Positions 10,928 to 22,122 of a DNA stretch of 42,788 nt are shown in pieces (position 1 is the first letter of the stretch; each line of letters begins with the position of its first letter). The translations under genes were made by a program, and so were the position numbers. Source of the DNA: Emiliania huxleyi CCMP1516 (lineage: Eukaryota). The notes under the pieces were generated by a model that searched no databases, was not told the origin of the DNA, and saw nothing but the letters and a program-made list of their open reading frames with translations. Location of the stretch: contig NW_005201223.1 in the NCBI RefSeq assembly GCF_000372725.1, positions 65,858 through 108,645 on the forward strand. The letters run 5' to 3'.

Positions 10928-12693
10928 GCGGCGCCGGCGGTGGCGGCGGCGGCGAGGGTCCGGCAGCGGCGCGGAGGGCGGGGACAGAGAGGTGGAGGTG
11001 GACGGCGAGGCGGAGCAGGGAGGGCAGCGGCGTCGCGCCGCTCTCCGCGGTGAGCGCGTCGACGTGCGCGGTGAGCAGCGGCGCGAGGCGCTCGAAGGCG
11101 GAGGCGACCGCCTGGTCGGCACGGGGGGGGGGCGTCTAGGTCGTGCCTGGGAAACGTCTGCGGAGGGGTCGTGGTAGCGGGCAGAGGAAGGGTCGCAGCG
11201 GAGAGGCTCCTGGGGTCGCGGGCAGGGGGCACGGAGCAGGCTCCTGGTCCAGCGCGGCGGCATCGATCGGAGAAGCATCGCCCCCTCCGCCCTCCTCGCC
11301 CCCCCCTCCCTCGAAGATCGACGCCACCAGCCGCCTCTCTTCCTCCATCGCCGCAGCCAAATCGGACAGCACGCTGCCGAGCGCAGCCGCCGCCGCCGCG
11401 CCGCCGCCGCCGCCGCGCGTCGCCGCCGCCGGAGCGACGAGGGAGCGCGAGAAGGCCGACACGTGCGCGTCGGCGCGCGCGGCCGCCGCTTCGACGACAC
11501 ACGCACGCAGCAGCGCCGGCTTGCGCCTGCGGCGGGGGCGAGGCGGCGCGCCGTCGCGGCCAGGGACCACCGCCAGGGACACAGCGCGGCGGCGGTGGAG
11601 CTCTCGAGGACCGGCAGCAGCAGCGCGTGGCGGTGGCGGAGGGGCGCGTGCAGCGGGGGGGGGAGGGCGACGCGGCGGGAGGGGAGGCGCGGCCCTGCCT
11701 CTCTCTGTGTCTCTCTCGGGTCTCTCTCGGGTCTCTCGGGTCTCTCTCGGGTCTCTCTCGGGTCTCGCACCGCAGCCGATCGACGCCCCGCCGCAGCCGC
11801 GCGATGGCGGGCGCGGCAGCCTGCCTCTGCGCGGCGTGCGGCGGCAAGCGAGGGACCTGGCAGGGTCGCAGCGAGCGGTGGACGTGAGCCACCGAGCTGC
11901 GGCTGCCGCACTGCCGCTGGTCGCGAGGTGAGGCGGCGTTTGCAGCGGCGGGTGGAGTGCGGTGGAGTGCAGCGGTGTAGCGCAGCGGTGTAGCGCAGCG
12001 GTGTAGCGCAGCCCGCTGGGAGGAGGAGGTGAGGCAGCGGAGGAGGCGAGAGGTGTCGGGGCGTTGCGCGCCGCACACCTCTGCGGCGAGCCAGCGGAAG
12101 AGGGAGGCGTAGCCCCGCTCCTCGTAGGCGTCCATCCGCGCGCTCGCCTGGCGCCCGAGCTGTGCGAGTGCCCCTCCCTCGAGGTGCCTCGCCCGCTCGC
12201 CGACAGAAGCTACGCGGTCGAGCGCGCCCAGCAGCGCGTCGAGGGAGAGGGGCGCGTCCTGCGGCGCGTTGAGCGTCGCCTCGTCCTCCGCCGACAGCTG
12301 CAGCGCCTCGGCGAGCGCGCCCGCCAGCCGCTCCTGCTTCTTGGCCTGCGACACCTGCTCCTGCAGCTGCGACGTCTGCGAGAGGAGCACTTCGGTCGCG
12401 GCGCGCGTCGTCTGCAGCCGTGCGACGGCGGTGCCGCTCGCCTCGCACAGCGCGTCCAGCTCGCGCTCCGCGCCCTCCAGCTCCGCACGCAGCTCACCAC
12501 TCGCACCTAGCAGCCGCCGGTCGAGCGCGAGGGCGCGGCCCTCCACCACTGGCCGCAGGCCGCGCCGAGCGCCGGCGGCGAGGGATGAATCGATGGCGGC
12601 GAGCGCGCCGAGCGCCTCGAGCACCACAGGAGAGATTGGTGATGCTGCTGTCGCTGCGCGCAGTTTGCGCGTGGTGGCGCTGTTGGCCGACAT
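9425..12693 (-). CDS. COG6: Conserved oligomeric Golgi complex subunit 6, multi-exon
   Basis: N-terminal ARRGLRPVVEGRALALDRRLL, a coiled coil, LQLSAEDEATL, LLGALDRV, AYEERGYASLFRW..EVC and C-terminal AMFLLNC follow the COG6 pattern. Confidence 0.8.
10528..10616. repeat. 11-bp tandem repeat GGCTGGGAGG(T/C) in a COG6 intron
   Basis: About 8 units visible. Confidence 0.9.
11700..11766. repeat. (TCTCTCTCGGG)n-like 9-11-bp tandem repeat in a COG6 intron
   Basis: Directly visible. Confidence 0.85.
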
Positions 12694-12878
12694 GTCGTGG
12701 CACGGCGCGAGCGAGAGCTCGCTCTCCTCGACCTCGGGCTCGACGAAGTGTCGCGGGTTCCTCGGCGGGCGGAGGCTCTGCTGCTGTGTTAAAGAGAACG
12801 GCGGAGAGCCGCCCAGCGGCGCCGGCACGAAAAACGGGAAGAAGATTTCTTTTTATTCGACGTAGAATTCTTTATATT

Positions 12879-13130
12879 CCCCCCGGAAGTGCGGTAAATG
12901 ACTGCACTCCAAGTGCTCCAAGTTCCGGAAGGTAGTGCTTGTCGTTCGTCACATGGGCTGCCATCGGCATACACAAGGCGCAAGCATCCTCACCGAGCGG
13001 CGGGAGGTGTACGCGACCCAAGAGAATTTCAGAAGCATTTCACCCGTAAGAAATCGGGCCGTGTCGTTCCCTCCGCCGGAGAGAAGTCCCTCAGTTATAG
13101 TAAATAAATAAATAAAAACGGACACCTCTC
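12879..13130 (+). repeat. Interspersed element copy B
   Basis: 21-mer core at 12899-12919, CACCGAG...GGTGTACGC internal match to copy A, AAAACGGACAC at 13115-13125. Confidence 0.65.
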
Positions 13131-13782
13131 TACTGTGAGATGGGTAAAAAGGAACAGGCCCCCGCCCTTGCGATCTTTGTGCAGGGTTCTTTGTGGGTGT
13201 GGTCGGCGACTAGCCGGGGTCGTCCTCCCGATGGGGGACTAGCACTAGCCGTCTTCCACATGGTCCCTCGGGTCCCTGCTGCTCCTAATCTCTTCGTACA
13301 TCCTCCTGCTGATCTCCGCAAAGTCCTGCTCCCTCCCTCGTCTCACCCTGCGCGTCTGCTCCGCCTCACCGTCTTCTGCCCTGCGTCGTCTGGCGACGGG
13401 TCCTCCATAGTCGGTCAGTTATAGTAAGCCCATGAGAGTGCTCATAATTTAGATTTCTTTTCCGAGCCCAAACGAAGACGTTTTAAAAAAGGCCCTGCCG
13501 GTCTCCCGCTCGCCACACATGCTCACAGAGAAGGAGGAATGCGACATGTGTGACTAGAGGCCGCTGAGCGAGCAAACACGGATACCTCAAAAAGTCCCTC
13601 AGTCCCCATCTCTCCTCCCACCGAGCTCCTCTATTCACACTCGAGGGGGCCTTATTGGGGGGGGGGGGGGCAGGAGTCATCAAGGACAAAACAAAATGTT
13701 TGGTATTGGTAAAAATCTCTCTCTCCAGGACATGCTAGGAGTCATCGTCTATCTAGGAGTCCATCATCGAAGTGCTACAGCC

Positions 13783-14694
13783 TCATTGCAGCATCGCTTT
13801 CCTGAAGACTATCGTCGTAATCATAATGGCAAATGGCGCCCAGAACGGCTGGAGGAGGAAGAACGGGAAGGAGAACATGCCTTGAGAAGACGCCACTTCA
13901 TCTGGCTGTCCTGCGGCTCGGATCGACAGCAAGTTGGGCTCGTCCATGTGGCCCATTATCAGCACGAGCACAATGTTGATGGTCACGAGGGTCATCGCGT
14001 GGTACCCGAGCACGAGCCAGACGGGCATCGCGTTGGGCAGCGCATAATCCGCCAACGCCAGCACAAGACCGAGCAGAGAAAACGCGCCGTCGATATTCAC
14101 CCCTCTGTGGAAAGTTCTGCCGAAGAGCTTGTAGGGGGCCCGCGCTCTCTCAAACGGGGCCATCATGTAGGGTGGGGTGACACCGTTCCGATGACCGATC
14201 ATGAGTGGGATTTCCAACGCAAAACGCGAGGCTGAGGCAGCGTGAAGTTGCCACCAGGGGATGCTCAACAAGTCAACCGCGATAGGAGAAAACAGGAATG
14301 CGTACACCATGATCGCCAGGCAAGGCAGGATCCCGAGCAAGGGCGAGGGAATCCCACCGGCGTTCAGGATATTATTGAAGCTGACAAAGTGCAGCCAGAT
14401 GGCAGCCCAGCCCCAAGAGAGCGGGCCCATTATCGCAAAAAATTGCATCCCGCTGAGGCCAAGAACCACGTCGTGCGCGGTGTATGCCGACGCCCAGTGG
14501 ATTTCCACTGCCCACCAGACAAGCAGATTCACGAGGATCAAAAACGCCCTACCCGGGATGGCCTCCTTGGACGGAGCCTTCCCCTCAATCAACATGCCAA
14601 AAAAGCGCAGGCTCGAACGCCGACGCCGGTGGATGGCATGTACACCCAAATTCACGACCGCCTCTGTCGTTGTTCTTCCATCCGACCTTTTCAT
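13783..14694 (-). CDS. Intronless multi-pass membrane protein (303 aa), uncharacterised
   Basis: Single ORF with about 7 hydrophobic segments and motifs SRFALE..L....GVTPPYM, GVNIDG, FPFFLLQPFWAPFA. Visibly less GC-rich than neighbouring genes. Confidence 0.75.
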   Translation of the reverse strand: MKRSDGRTTTEAVVNLGVHAIHRRRRSSLRFFGMLIEGKAPSKEAIPGRAFLILVNLLVWWAVEIHWASAYTAHDVVLGLSGMQFFAIMGPLSWGWAAIWLHFVSFNNILNAGGIPSPLLGILPCLAIMVYAFLFSPIAVDLLSIPWWQLHAASASRFALEIPLMIGHRNGVTPPYMMAPFERARAPYKLFGRTFHRGVNIDGAFSLLGLVLALADYALPNAMPVWLVLGYHAMTLVTINIVLVLIMGHMDEPNLLSIRAAGQPDEVASSQGMFSFPFFLLQPFWAPFAIMITTIVFRKAMLQ

Positions 14695-15083
14695 GCACGT
14701 CTCTCTAAGGGTCTTGATGTGGGTTGTACTTTTAGCTTAATGGGAGAAAGGGGAGAGGAGGTGTTTGTTCTCTAGGCCCCTAAATAACGGCCCATGCGCG
14801 TGAGAGCTCGCTTGTCAACAAACAAAGGGTCGCCCGCCCAAGAAAGTGTTGTTGCGGAGGCTGTTTTTACTACCCCCATCCTGGGTGTAGTGTGTCTCTC
14901 TCTCTGGGTGTATCTCGTCCTCTAGGAAGGTCAGCCCGACAAGCGCGCTACGGTTTCATGCGCGCGCAGCTGAGATTGCAAATCTCTTTACTCGTGCCGG
15001 CGCGGCGCCCGTCGGCGAAGCCCCAAATTTACGGGGCGCGCGCCAAAAGAGCAGTCCCTCAGCCGACTTCCCCGCCCACACAC

Positions 15084-16405
15084 ATGGTTGTCCTCGGAGT
15101 CGGCGAGGCTGCTGCCGAGACCACGGCGGGCACGGTCAAGTTGCTCGAAGGCCCCGGCGATTTCAAAACGACGGGTAAGGTGGAGACTCTCGTGTTGACC
15201 AAGGTTACTGCTTTCCAGTATATGGTGTCGACAGCGCCGGGCGGCGAAATCACCCACACAGCTGGCCCCACGTCCATGTGCGCTCGCTCGCGGGCGCTGA
15301 ATGCGGGTGGGCACTTGTGAACACGCCCCACCCCGCCGCCGCAGGTTCACGACTCCTGCGGGCACCTGCCCTAAATCTGGCTCAACCATCGAGGTCAAGG
15401 ACATGTTTTTCGCAAAGTCTCCGACGGACTACTTTGGCAGTTACGAGTTGGGCTCTGACGGCAGTTACACGGCCACGGCGGTGAATGGCCCAAGAATGTA
15501 CATGCCGGCCCCAACCGCCTACGTGGCCAAGTACGAAATGTCAAGCTCGACGGGGGAAGAGGAAAATATGACGTTCACCTACTTCTCGTCGGCGCCGCAG
15601 ATGATGACGTTGGCTATTCCCGGCGTCGTTGGTCCGGATGGCACTGCCGGAAGCCTGAAGCTGTTGCTGAGTATTCAGGCACGCGACCGCGAGCTTCAAT
15701 CCTGCCCCGCTCACCCCTCGCCCCACCTACCTACCCGCTTGTGTGCTCACCCTCGCTCCGCTGTGCCGTTTTCAGATCGACCCCGATAAATTTGTCCAAT
15801 GCAACTCGACTGACGCCATTGGCGACCTCAAAAATGCCGCGAAGACCGACTACTCCACCGGTGCTTCTGGATACCCCACCTTGAAGGCGACGGGCACGGC
15901 CATCGGTTTCACTGTTGGGAGGGCCATCGAACTTGGGCTCGACCCGGTGGAGGAAGGCGACACGCCGCTTGGGAAGCTCGAGAAGTTGGCGCTCGAGGAC
16001 AAGCTGAAGCTGGAGATGGCGGTCCAGGGCGCAATCGCCAAGCAAGAGATCATCCTCGCCGGGGCATACGCTCGGAGTCAGAACGCCGTGGTGACGGTGT
16101 CGCAGGTGGTCAATGCAAACGTCAAGGCGATGTCGCAGTTGGCGGTGATGGCCAAGGGCTCAGGCGGTTCGGACAAGAACTACTCAAAGGTCGCAGCCTG
16201 CTGCTGCTGCTCCGTTGCCACCAAGACGTCTGGTGGGGCTTGGGCCTCGCTCGAGGCATCGGGCAGCAGCAGCCTTGACATCAACATGCTCATCAACTCT
16301 GCCACCACAGCCACGTCGACAACCAAGATCGACGAGAAATTCAGTTATCAAGGCCCTTATGAACATTGGGAAGAATTCAAATACGAGCCCTTTAGGCCTT
16401 TGTGA
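15084..16405 (+). CDS. Hypothetical protein, 3 exons (introns approx. 15278-15344 GT-AG and 15679-15776 GC-AG)
   Basis: Exons join in frame (GPTSM|FTTPAG; LLLSIQ|IDPDKF). Globular composition with a CCCC motif near the C-terminus. Confidence 0.7.
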
Positions 16406-17293
16406 TCACAACTGTGGCTTTGGAGATGCCGCACACCCAATCCAGCCGTTCTTAGTGTAGGGGTTTGTGCGGATGGCAAGAGGGGTATCCACTCTAAGCT
16501 TTTTATTTTGGAGGTGAGGCGCTTTTTGAAGAGTGCTTTGATCGCTGTTTTGGCGCGCCTCATACACGTGCACCTTACCTATTCTCCCAGTAAGAGCTAA
16601 AAGTACAGTACACGTAACGCGCGACTCACGACGTCTCTTCTTACCACCACCGCGTGCGGCACACATACATCCACATCATGCCACGAGTCGAGACTCTGGG
16701 ACGTGGCTCGTGGAGGACTCGAGACGGAGAGAGGGCGCCGCGGTGTCGGTCGTCTGACTCGCACAGGGAAGAGAAAGTGCGAGCGGGTGGTATGAAGTGT
16801 GCAGGCCATGACTGACACACATTCCCTCAAACAATGTCAGAGCGGGATCTCAGTTCTCAGAAGACAGAACACATGAGCTCAGCAGTGTCCAGACTCCAGT
16901 GAGCAGAGAGAGCGAGACGGAGAGCGGTGCCGAGCACCTGTCCACTTGAGCAGGCCCAGCAACGTCGGACCATGATCCATCTGATTGATTTATTGCGTAT
17001 TTAAACTAAGCACTGTTGGTGTCTATCCCTGTGGGGCGACAGAGGTCAACCATTAAAGCGTAGAACGAACCGCGCTCTCAACACAGGGCGATTCGGCAAA
17101 CGCGTTGTTCAGCAGCGGACAGCCACAGCGCCCAGGCGCCCAGGTGAGAGGTGCAGACAGAGAGGGCCCGCTGAGCAGGAGGGAACGATGGCGATCAGGA
17201 GAGCACCTCCTAGCACACTGCACCTCCCTCCCGCCCCCGACGCACCTGAAGCTCCAGCCAAAGGCGGTGCGAGATCCGCTGAGGAGGACCAGC

Positions 17294-17785
17294 TCAAGAG
17301 AGGAAGCCGAGGTCGGAGCCGACGGCCTTGGCCTTCTTGATGAGCGCCTGCTGCATCTTGCTGTCGACGCCGTCTGCAGGGACGAGTGGAGGCGGCCGAG
17401 TGGAGGCGGCCGAGCGGAGTGGTGGGGGATCTCAGGTGGATCTCCGGGCGGCGCACAGTCGGCGCAAAACTTTTTGATCTCCTGCGAGTGGATGCTGATG
17501 GCCTTACCACGGAGTTTGAGTAGCTGAGGCTCGCCAAGCACCACCTGAGGACCGTGATGGCTAGACGGTGAGAGCGGTTGCGGGCCGGCAGCGATCGCCT
17601 GCAAGATGGAGAGCCTTCGCGAGGAGCACTGCCGGCGTGAACGGGCCATCCTTGGCAGGACCCATGGATGGCGAGTAGGTCGCAGCGACTTGTGTGGCCG
17701 GAGAGATGCCGAAGCGAGCCAGGTGCGGCGACCACGCAGATACCCGCAAAGCCAGCATCGAGAGAAGCGCGCACAGGAACCGCAT
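17294..17785 (-). CDS. PGR5: Proton gradient regulation 5, plastid-targeted, 3 exons
   Basis: GPFTPAVLLAK|VVLGEPQLLKLRGKAISIHSQEIKKFCAD|YGVDSKMQQALIKKAKAVGSDLGFLS* matches the PGR5 core (LRGKAI.LHSQ.I..FC...G.D......LI..AK..G..LGFL). Signal peptide ending VSA-W resembles bipartite plastid targeting. Confidence 0.93.
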
Positions 17786-18234
17786 CGAGCTTGAGCGTAG
17801 GTGCCGCGAAGGTGTGCCTCGAATTTAGGCAGGCGGATTTATTTTTTCAGTGTACGTAGCTCTTACGAACATACCCGTTTTTGAGCGTTGAGCAGCTGTC
17901 AGAGGAGACCTCGACAAACCGGACGGACTCAGTCGATTGTACTGCGGTGGTGTGAATGAATGCACCATGACGCATGAATGAGCAAAACCCTGACGAGGCC
18001 TGTACGTGTAGGATTCCTAGATTTTTCCACTCCGGGCCTTTTTCCCGTGCCGCATCTCCCTCGGAACAGTTTTTCTTCTTAATATTGGACTACCGTCACG
18101 AATGATCCGTCCTGACCCGATGCATTTTGGATTTCCAAAATCAGCCCCTCTGGGGTAGCAGAGCAGTTTGGCCCCCTAGAACGCTTGTTTTTTTTACGCA
18201 AAACACGAGAAGGCGATGGCCGCGGCGCGACAGC

Positions 18235-19724
18235 TTAGCTCACCTCGCACCGGACCATCTTGTCGTCGCCGCCGCCGCAGAGGCTGGCCTCGCCCTTGCC
18301 GTAGATGAGCGCCTCGTAGTCCACGCCGTCCTGCCTTGCCACGCCCTCGAGGTGGAGCTTGAACCAGGCCTGTTCCACAGCCAGCCGCGTGAATAGAACT
18401 CTCCCCACTCCTCGCTGTCCGTCCAAACTCGAGCCACGCGCGCCGCGGTGAAGCGCGACAAGTCCATGTGCCCGCCCTCCCAGAGGAGCGGCTCAAAGTG
18501 CGTTGCACCCTGCTTGTTGACAAAGCCGCGGTGTGCCGCGGTGCCCTGCCGGCCTGCGGCGTCGTAAAACGCCTCGCTCATGCGCGGCGGCGCCACATAG
18601 TCGGCGCTGCCGGTGAAAGCGAGAAAGGGCACCTAGCCCACAGCTGGAGGGGTGAGCAGCGCCGTGTCGCAGATGCCGCAAGAAGAGGAGCGGCGAGGCG
18701 CGCCGCCGGCGCGGGCAGCTGGGTCGCCGAGTAGGGGTGCTGCATCACCGCCGCCTGCTCACAGCCAGGCCCGTGAAGAGGCGCCGTTCACAAGACGATC
18801 GCGTGCCGCATCGCCGACGCCCGGATGCGGCTCGCCGAGGCGTTGCCGTACGAGGAGGCGAAGAGGGTCGCCTGCTCGGTGCAAGCACGTGGCGTCTCGC
18901 GCCCCATCTCGCGCCCCAGGAGCGAGACACGGAGGCTGAGAGAGGGGGGCGCCGCGACGGCGGCCGAGGCGTTTGCGGCGGCGGGTGGAGGTGGAACGGG
19001 TGGAGGGCGAGGGCGAGGGGAGGCGAGGGCGGAGGCACGGTGGCAGGTCTGGGCGAGATCAAGACCTGCCCTCCCATCGAGTGGCCCGCCACCCCGTATC
19101 CCAACGAGTGGTTGACGGCAGAGAGGGCGCGGTGGGCGGGCCCGCGCGAGCGGCTCTCATTCTGTGCCCACTCGAGCACGCCAATCTGCTGCCGGTAGTA
19201 GTCGCCGAAGCAGGGCGGATCACCTTGCGGGCAGAGGCGACCGATCTGGCTCGGGTGGGTGACCTAGAGCCGTAGTGGACTCCCGGCAGGGCCACAGGGA
19301 GGCACTCGCCTCGAACCGACTTGCAGTTGCGCTGCTCTTTGCACCCGACGTTGCACGCCCGGGTGGCGGCCACAACGAAGCCGTAGCTCGCGACTGCGCT
19401 GAGCGGTATCAGGTACCCTGACCAGTCCACGCCGCCGCCTCCGAAGAGGCCGTGCGCATACGAGATGAGCGGCACGCTCCGGCCGGCAGGGACTGCCGGC
19501 GTGTACACATCCACCGTCCGGTCCGAGCAGTCCTGGCTGGCTACGGTGTAGCTCGTGTGAGTGACCTCAAAGGGGCCTGAGTCTGCGCGAGGCAGAGCGG
19601 CAGCGATGGTGGCTGCGGAGCCGGAGGCAGTGGCTCGCGGAGCCAGCTTTGCAGCCTCCATGGAGAAGCCAACGTCGGAGAGTGCGAGCTCGCTCGTTGC
19701 TGCGGCGACTTGCTTTGACAGCAT
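18235..19724 (-). CDS. Alpha/beta hydrolase, chlorophyllase/cutinase-like, multi-exon
   Basis: GPFEV, YAHG, ASYGFVVAA, nucleophile GHSMGG, acid FTGSADYVAP, His GATHFEP, AAWFKLHL. Confidence 0.85.
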
Positions 19725-20151
19725 CGCCAAACTACGTCGGAATGCTGTGAGAAGCTGTAAATCTATGACCTATGACCGCGAACTTTGCGACCTACTACGA
19801 GTCGTATGGCGGGGGGAACAGCCATGTTTGGCAAAAGAATTTGGTGAGGCCTCGGCTGGCGAATAAAAGAGCGAATCAGGGAGAACCGGAGCCCCGGGAA
19901 GGCGGGCAGTGGAACCCTGGGACGGGATGCTGAGGGAGGACCTGTGTACGTGCATGGTGTACAGTGTCGTGTCTACTAGCTCCGAGTAGAGGGGGCGTCC
20001 TGCAGTTAAGGGGAAACCCGGTACACGGAACCAACCCTCGGAGACCCGTGTTTACTTTACGGCCCTTTCCCTGCGAACGCGCACCCCCAGGGCTAGGGCT
20101 CTCTAGCCCGTAACCCGATACCGATCATCCGGCCCGCTGGGTGCGCTCCTC

Positions 20152-20198
20152 AGCTCCCCGGCCCTGGATGAGGTTACTGACTGCACTCCAAGTGCTCC
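20152..20198 (+). repeat. Interspersed element copy C (left end only recognised)
   Basis: AGCTCCCCGGCCCTGGATG is identical to 8821-8839 and is followed by the 21-mer core at 20178-20198. Confidence 0.7.
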
Positions 20199-20553
20199 AA
20201 ATGACTAATACATCAAAAGAATTGAAGACGGCATCGTCCGCCCCGCCCGTGCACTTGGTGCGATTAATTATTTTTCTTTGCCCCGTCGTCCTCTGTCTGC
20301 CTCATCGCTCTCCTCTGCCTCGTTCTGCGACGACGCCGACGCCTGCCGAGCCCTTACTCTCGCGGCTTCTCTCACCTTTCGGCGTAACTCCGCTCTCCTT
20401 GCAGCGTGTCCTCCAGTTTGCAAAACAAAGACAAAAATCTCTCTCCCAGTTTGTCGAGCCCTCTCTCCCTGCAGTCTCCTTCCTTCCTCTCTCCAAGTAC
20501 CAAGAACCATCCTTCTGACTCCCACTCCGATCATGTGCCGCCATGCCAATACA

Positions 20554-20760
20554 CACTATCAAACTATTAGCCTAATAACGTACCTAATTATCAACACATA
20601 CCTAATAATTAGCTTGTTATTGGACTTTTGCGTTATTAGCTTAATAATTAGCTTATTTACACAATCAGTTTCGTGAAAAAAGCTAATTATTAGCTTAATA
20701 GCCTGCTATTAGGTATGTGTTGATAATTAGGTACGTTATTAGGCTAATAGTTTGATAGTG
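20554..20760. mobile_element. Non-autonomous CACTA/CMC-type MITE, 207 bp
   Basis: Perfect 54-bp TIRs (20554-20607 and 20707-20760) beginning CACTA, flanked on both sides by CA (candidate 2-bp TSD). AT-rich, with internal TAATAATTAGCTT subrepeats. Confidence 0.85.
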
Positions 20761-21923
20761 CATGTCGTTGCTCAGGTCCGCTCTCGTTTCTTGTACCATC
20801 ACTTGTCGGTATCGGTCGGGAGTCGCTCACCAACACGCACTGTGCGATTTCGGGCTTGTGCTTTCGTGTGAACGCCGGCCACGGAAAAATTCTTTTCGTG
20901 CAGATCCTGCGTCTCTCACTGCCCGAACAACAGAGGCGCACCCGCAGCAGGTAGGTAGGTAGGTAGAAAGGTGAAGAACAGCCAGGCTCGGACTGGACAC
21001 CCCAACGCGGTATGGGTGGACGCTAGACAGATGATGACGACACGCACGAGCGACACACAGACACAAACAAGCTCACAAGAGTCAAGACACACAGCCAGCG
21101 GGCTGCCACACACCCTGAGTTGGCGTACACATAACTCAAGGCCACATCCTCCCTGTCGCCCCCCCCACTCCAAGGTGCCAAGAGGACACAGACGACAGGA
21201 AGTAACGTGCTAGGCTAGAGCAGACCGCTCCGCCTCTAGCAATCTCGCCGGCCGGCGAGGCCCGGACGAGACCGTGTGTGGGTCTAGTGAGGTGTCTATG
21301 GACGCCCTCTCACAGGCTGCGGCCTACTACTAGCCCTAACTCGCACTCATGGGAGATGTCAGTTCATTGTATGAGTGTATGCAAGCAGAGGCGCGTGTGC
21401 TGATTCTAGATCGCACGCCGTGGCATATGACATGGGAGGCGTGCGACCGCAGCGCACCCGTCGTAAGGTCGACGGGCGCGCGTGTCAGCGAGAGAGTTGC
21501 GGGCGGAGCCATACCCGACTTTGAGAGGACGAGCCCCGCGCCACGGTTGCCAGCCGTGCCTTCGCGGGAGCCGCCCCTCGAGCCGCGTCTCGTCGCCACT
21601 GTCCCCGAGTGCGTCCCGCCTTGGCGGCACACACTCGACGAGGACAGTCCGGCCGACGAGATCGTGTCGCGCGCCGGCGACGGTTGCGGCGTCGTGGTTT
21701 CGAGTACGAAGCGAAGATGGCACGACCACCGCCCTGCTTCGCAGACCGGGCAAGGAAGGGCCTGCTCCCGTTCCGCGAGGAACAGGAGGTCTCCCCCCCT
21801 CCCCCGGCCTGAGCAGCGGCGCGTGGAAGGCAGCCCCTTGAGTCGAGGGCGGCGCGACCATTGCTGCTCTCCAATGACCAGAGGCCCGGTAACTGCAGAC
21901 GGTCGCGCCACCCCGCTCCGCGT

Positions 21924-22122
21924 CGCCCGCCGCCGCGCCGCGCCGCCGCCCAATGATTATTAATTAATAATTAATTAATAACTAACTAATTACCCCACCC
22001 GCCGCCGCGCCTCCCCGCCCTGCGTCGGCCGCTGCCTCGCCGCGCCGCCGCCTCGCGCCGCCCGCCGCCGCGCCGCGCCGCCGCCCAATTATTAATAATT
22101 AATAATTAATACTCGATCATTA
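21924..22122. repeat. Duplicated unit: pure-GC block followed by pure-AT block
   Basis: CGCCCGCCGCCGCGCCGCGCCGCCGCCCAAT followed by (ATTA)-rich sequence occurs at ~21924 and ~22059. Confidence 0.8.

Noticed and set aside
10754..12448. Many overlapping Arg/Ala/Pro-rich ORFs here and throughout the window
   Set aside because: Shadow frames caused by high GC and few stop codons; they overlap better-supported spliced genes.
19989..21311. 12-bp imperfect inverted repeat (GAGGGGGCGTCC / GGACGCCCTCTC) as possible TIRs
   Set aside because: Too short, does not extend, and has no TSD.
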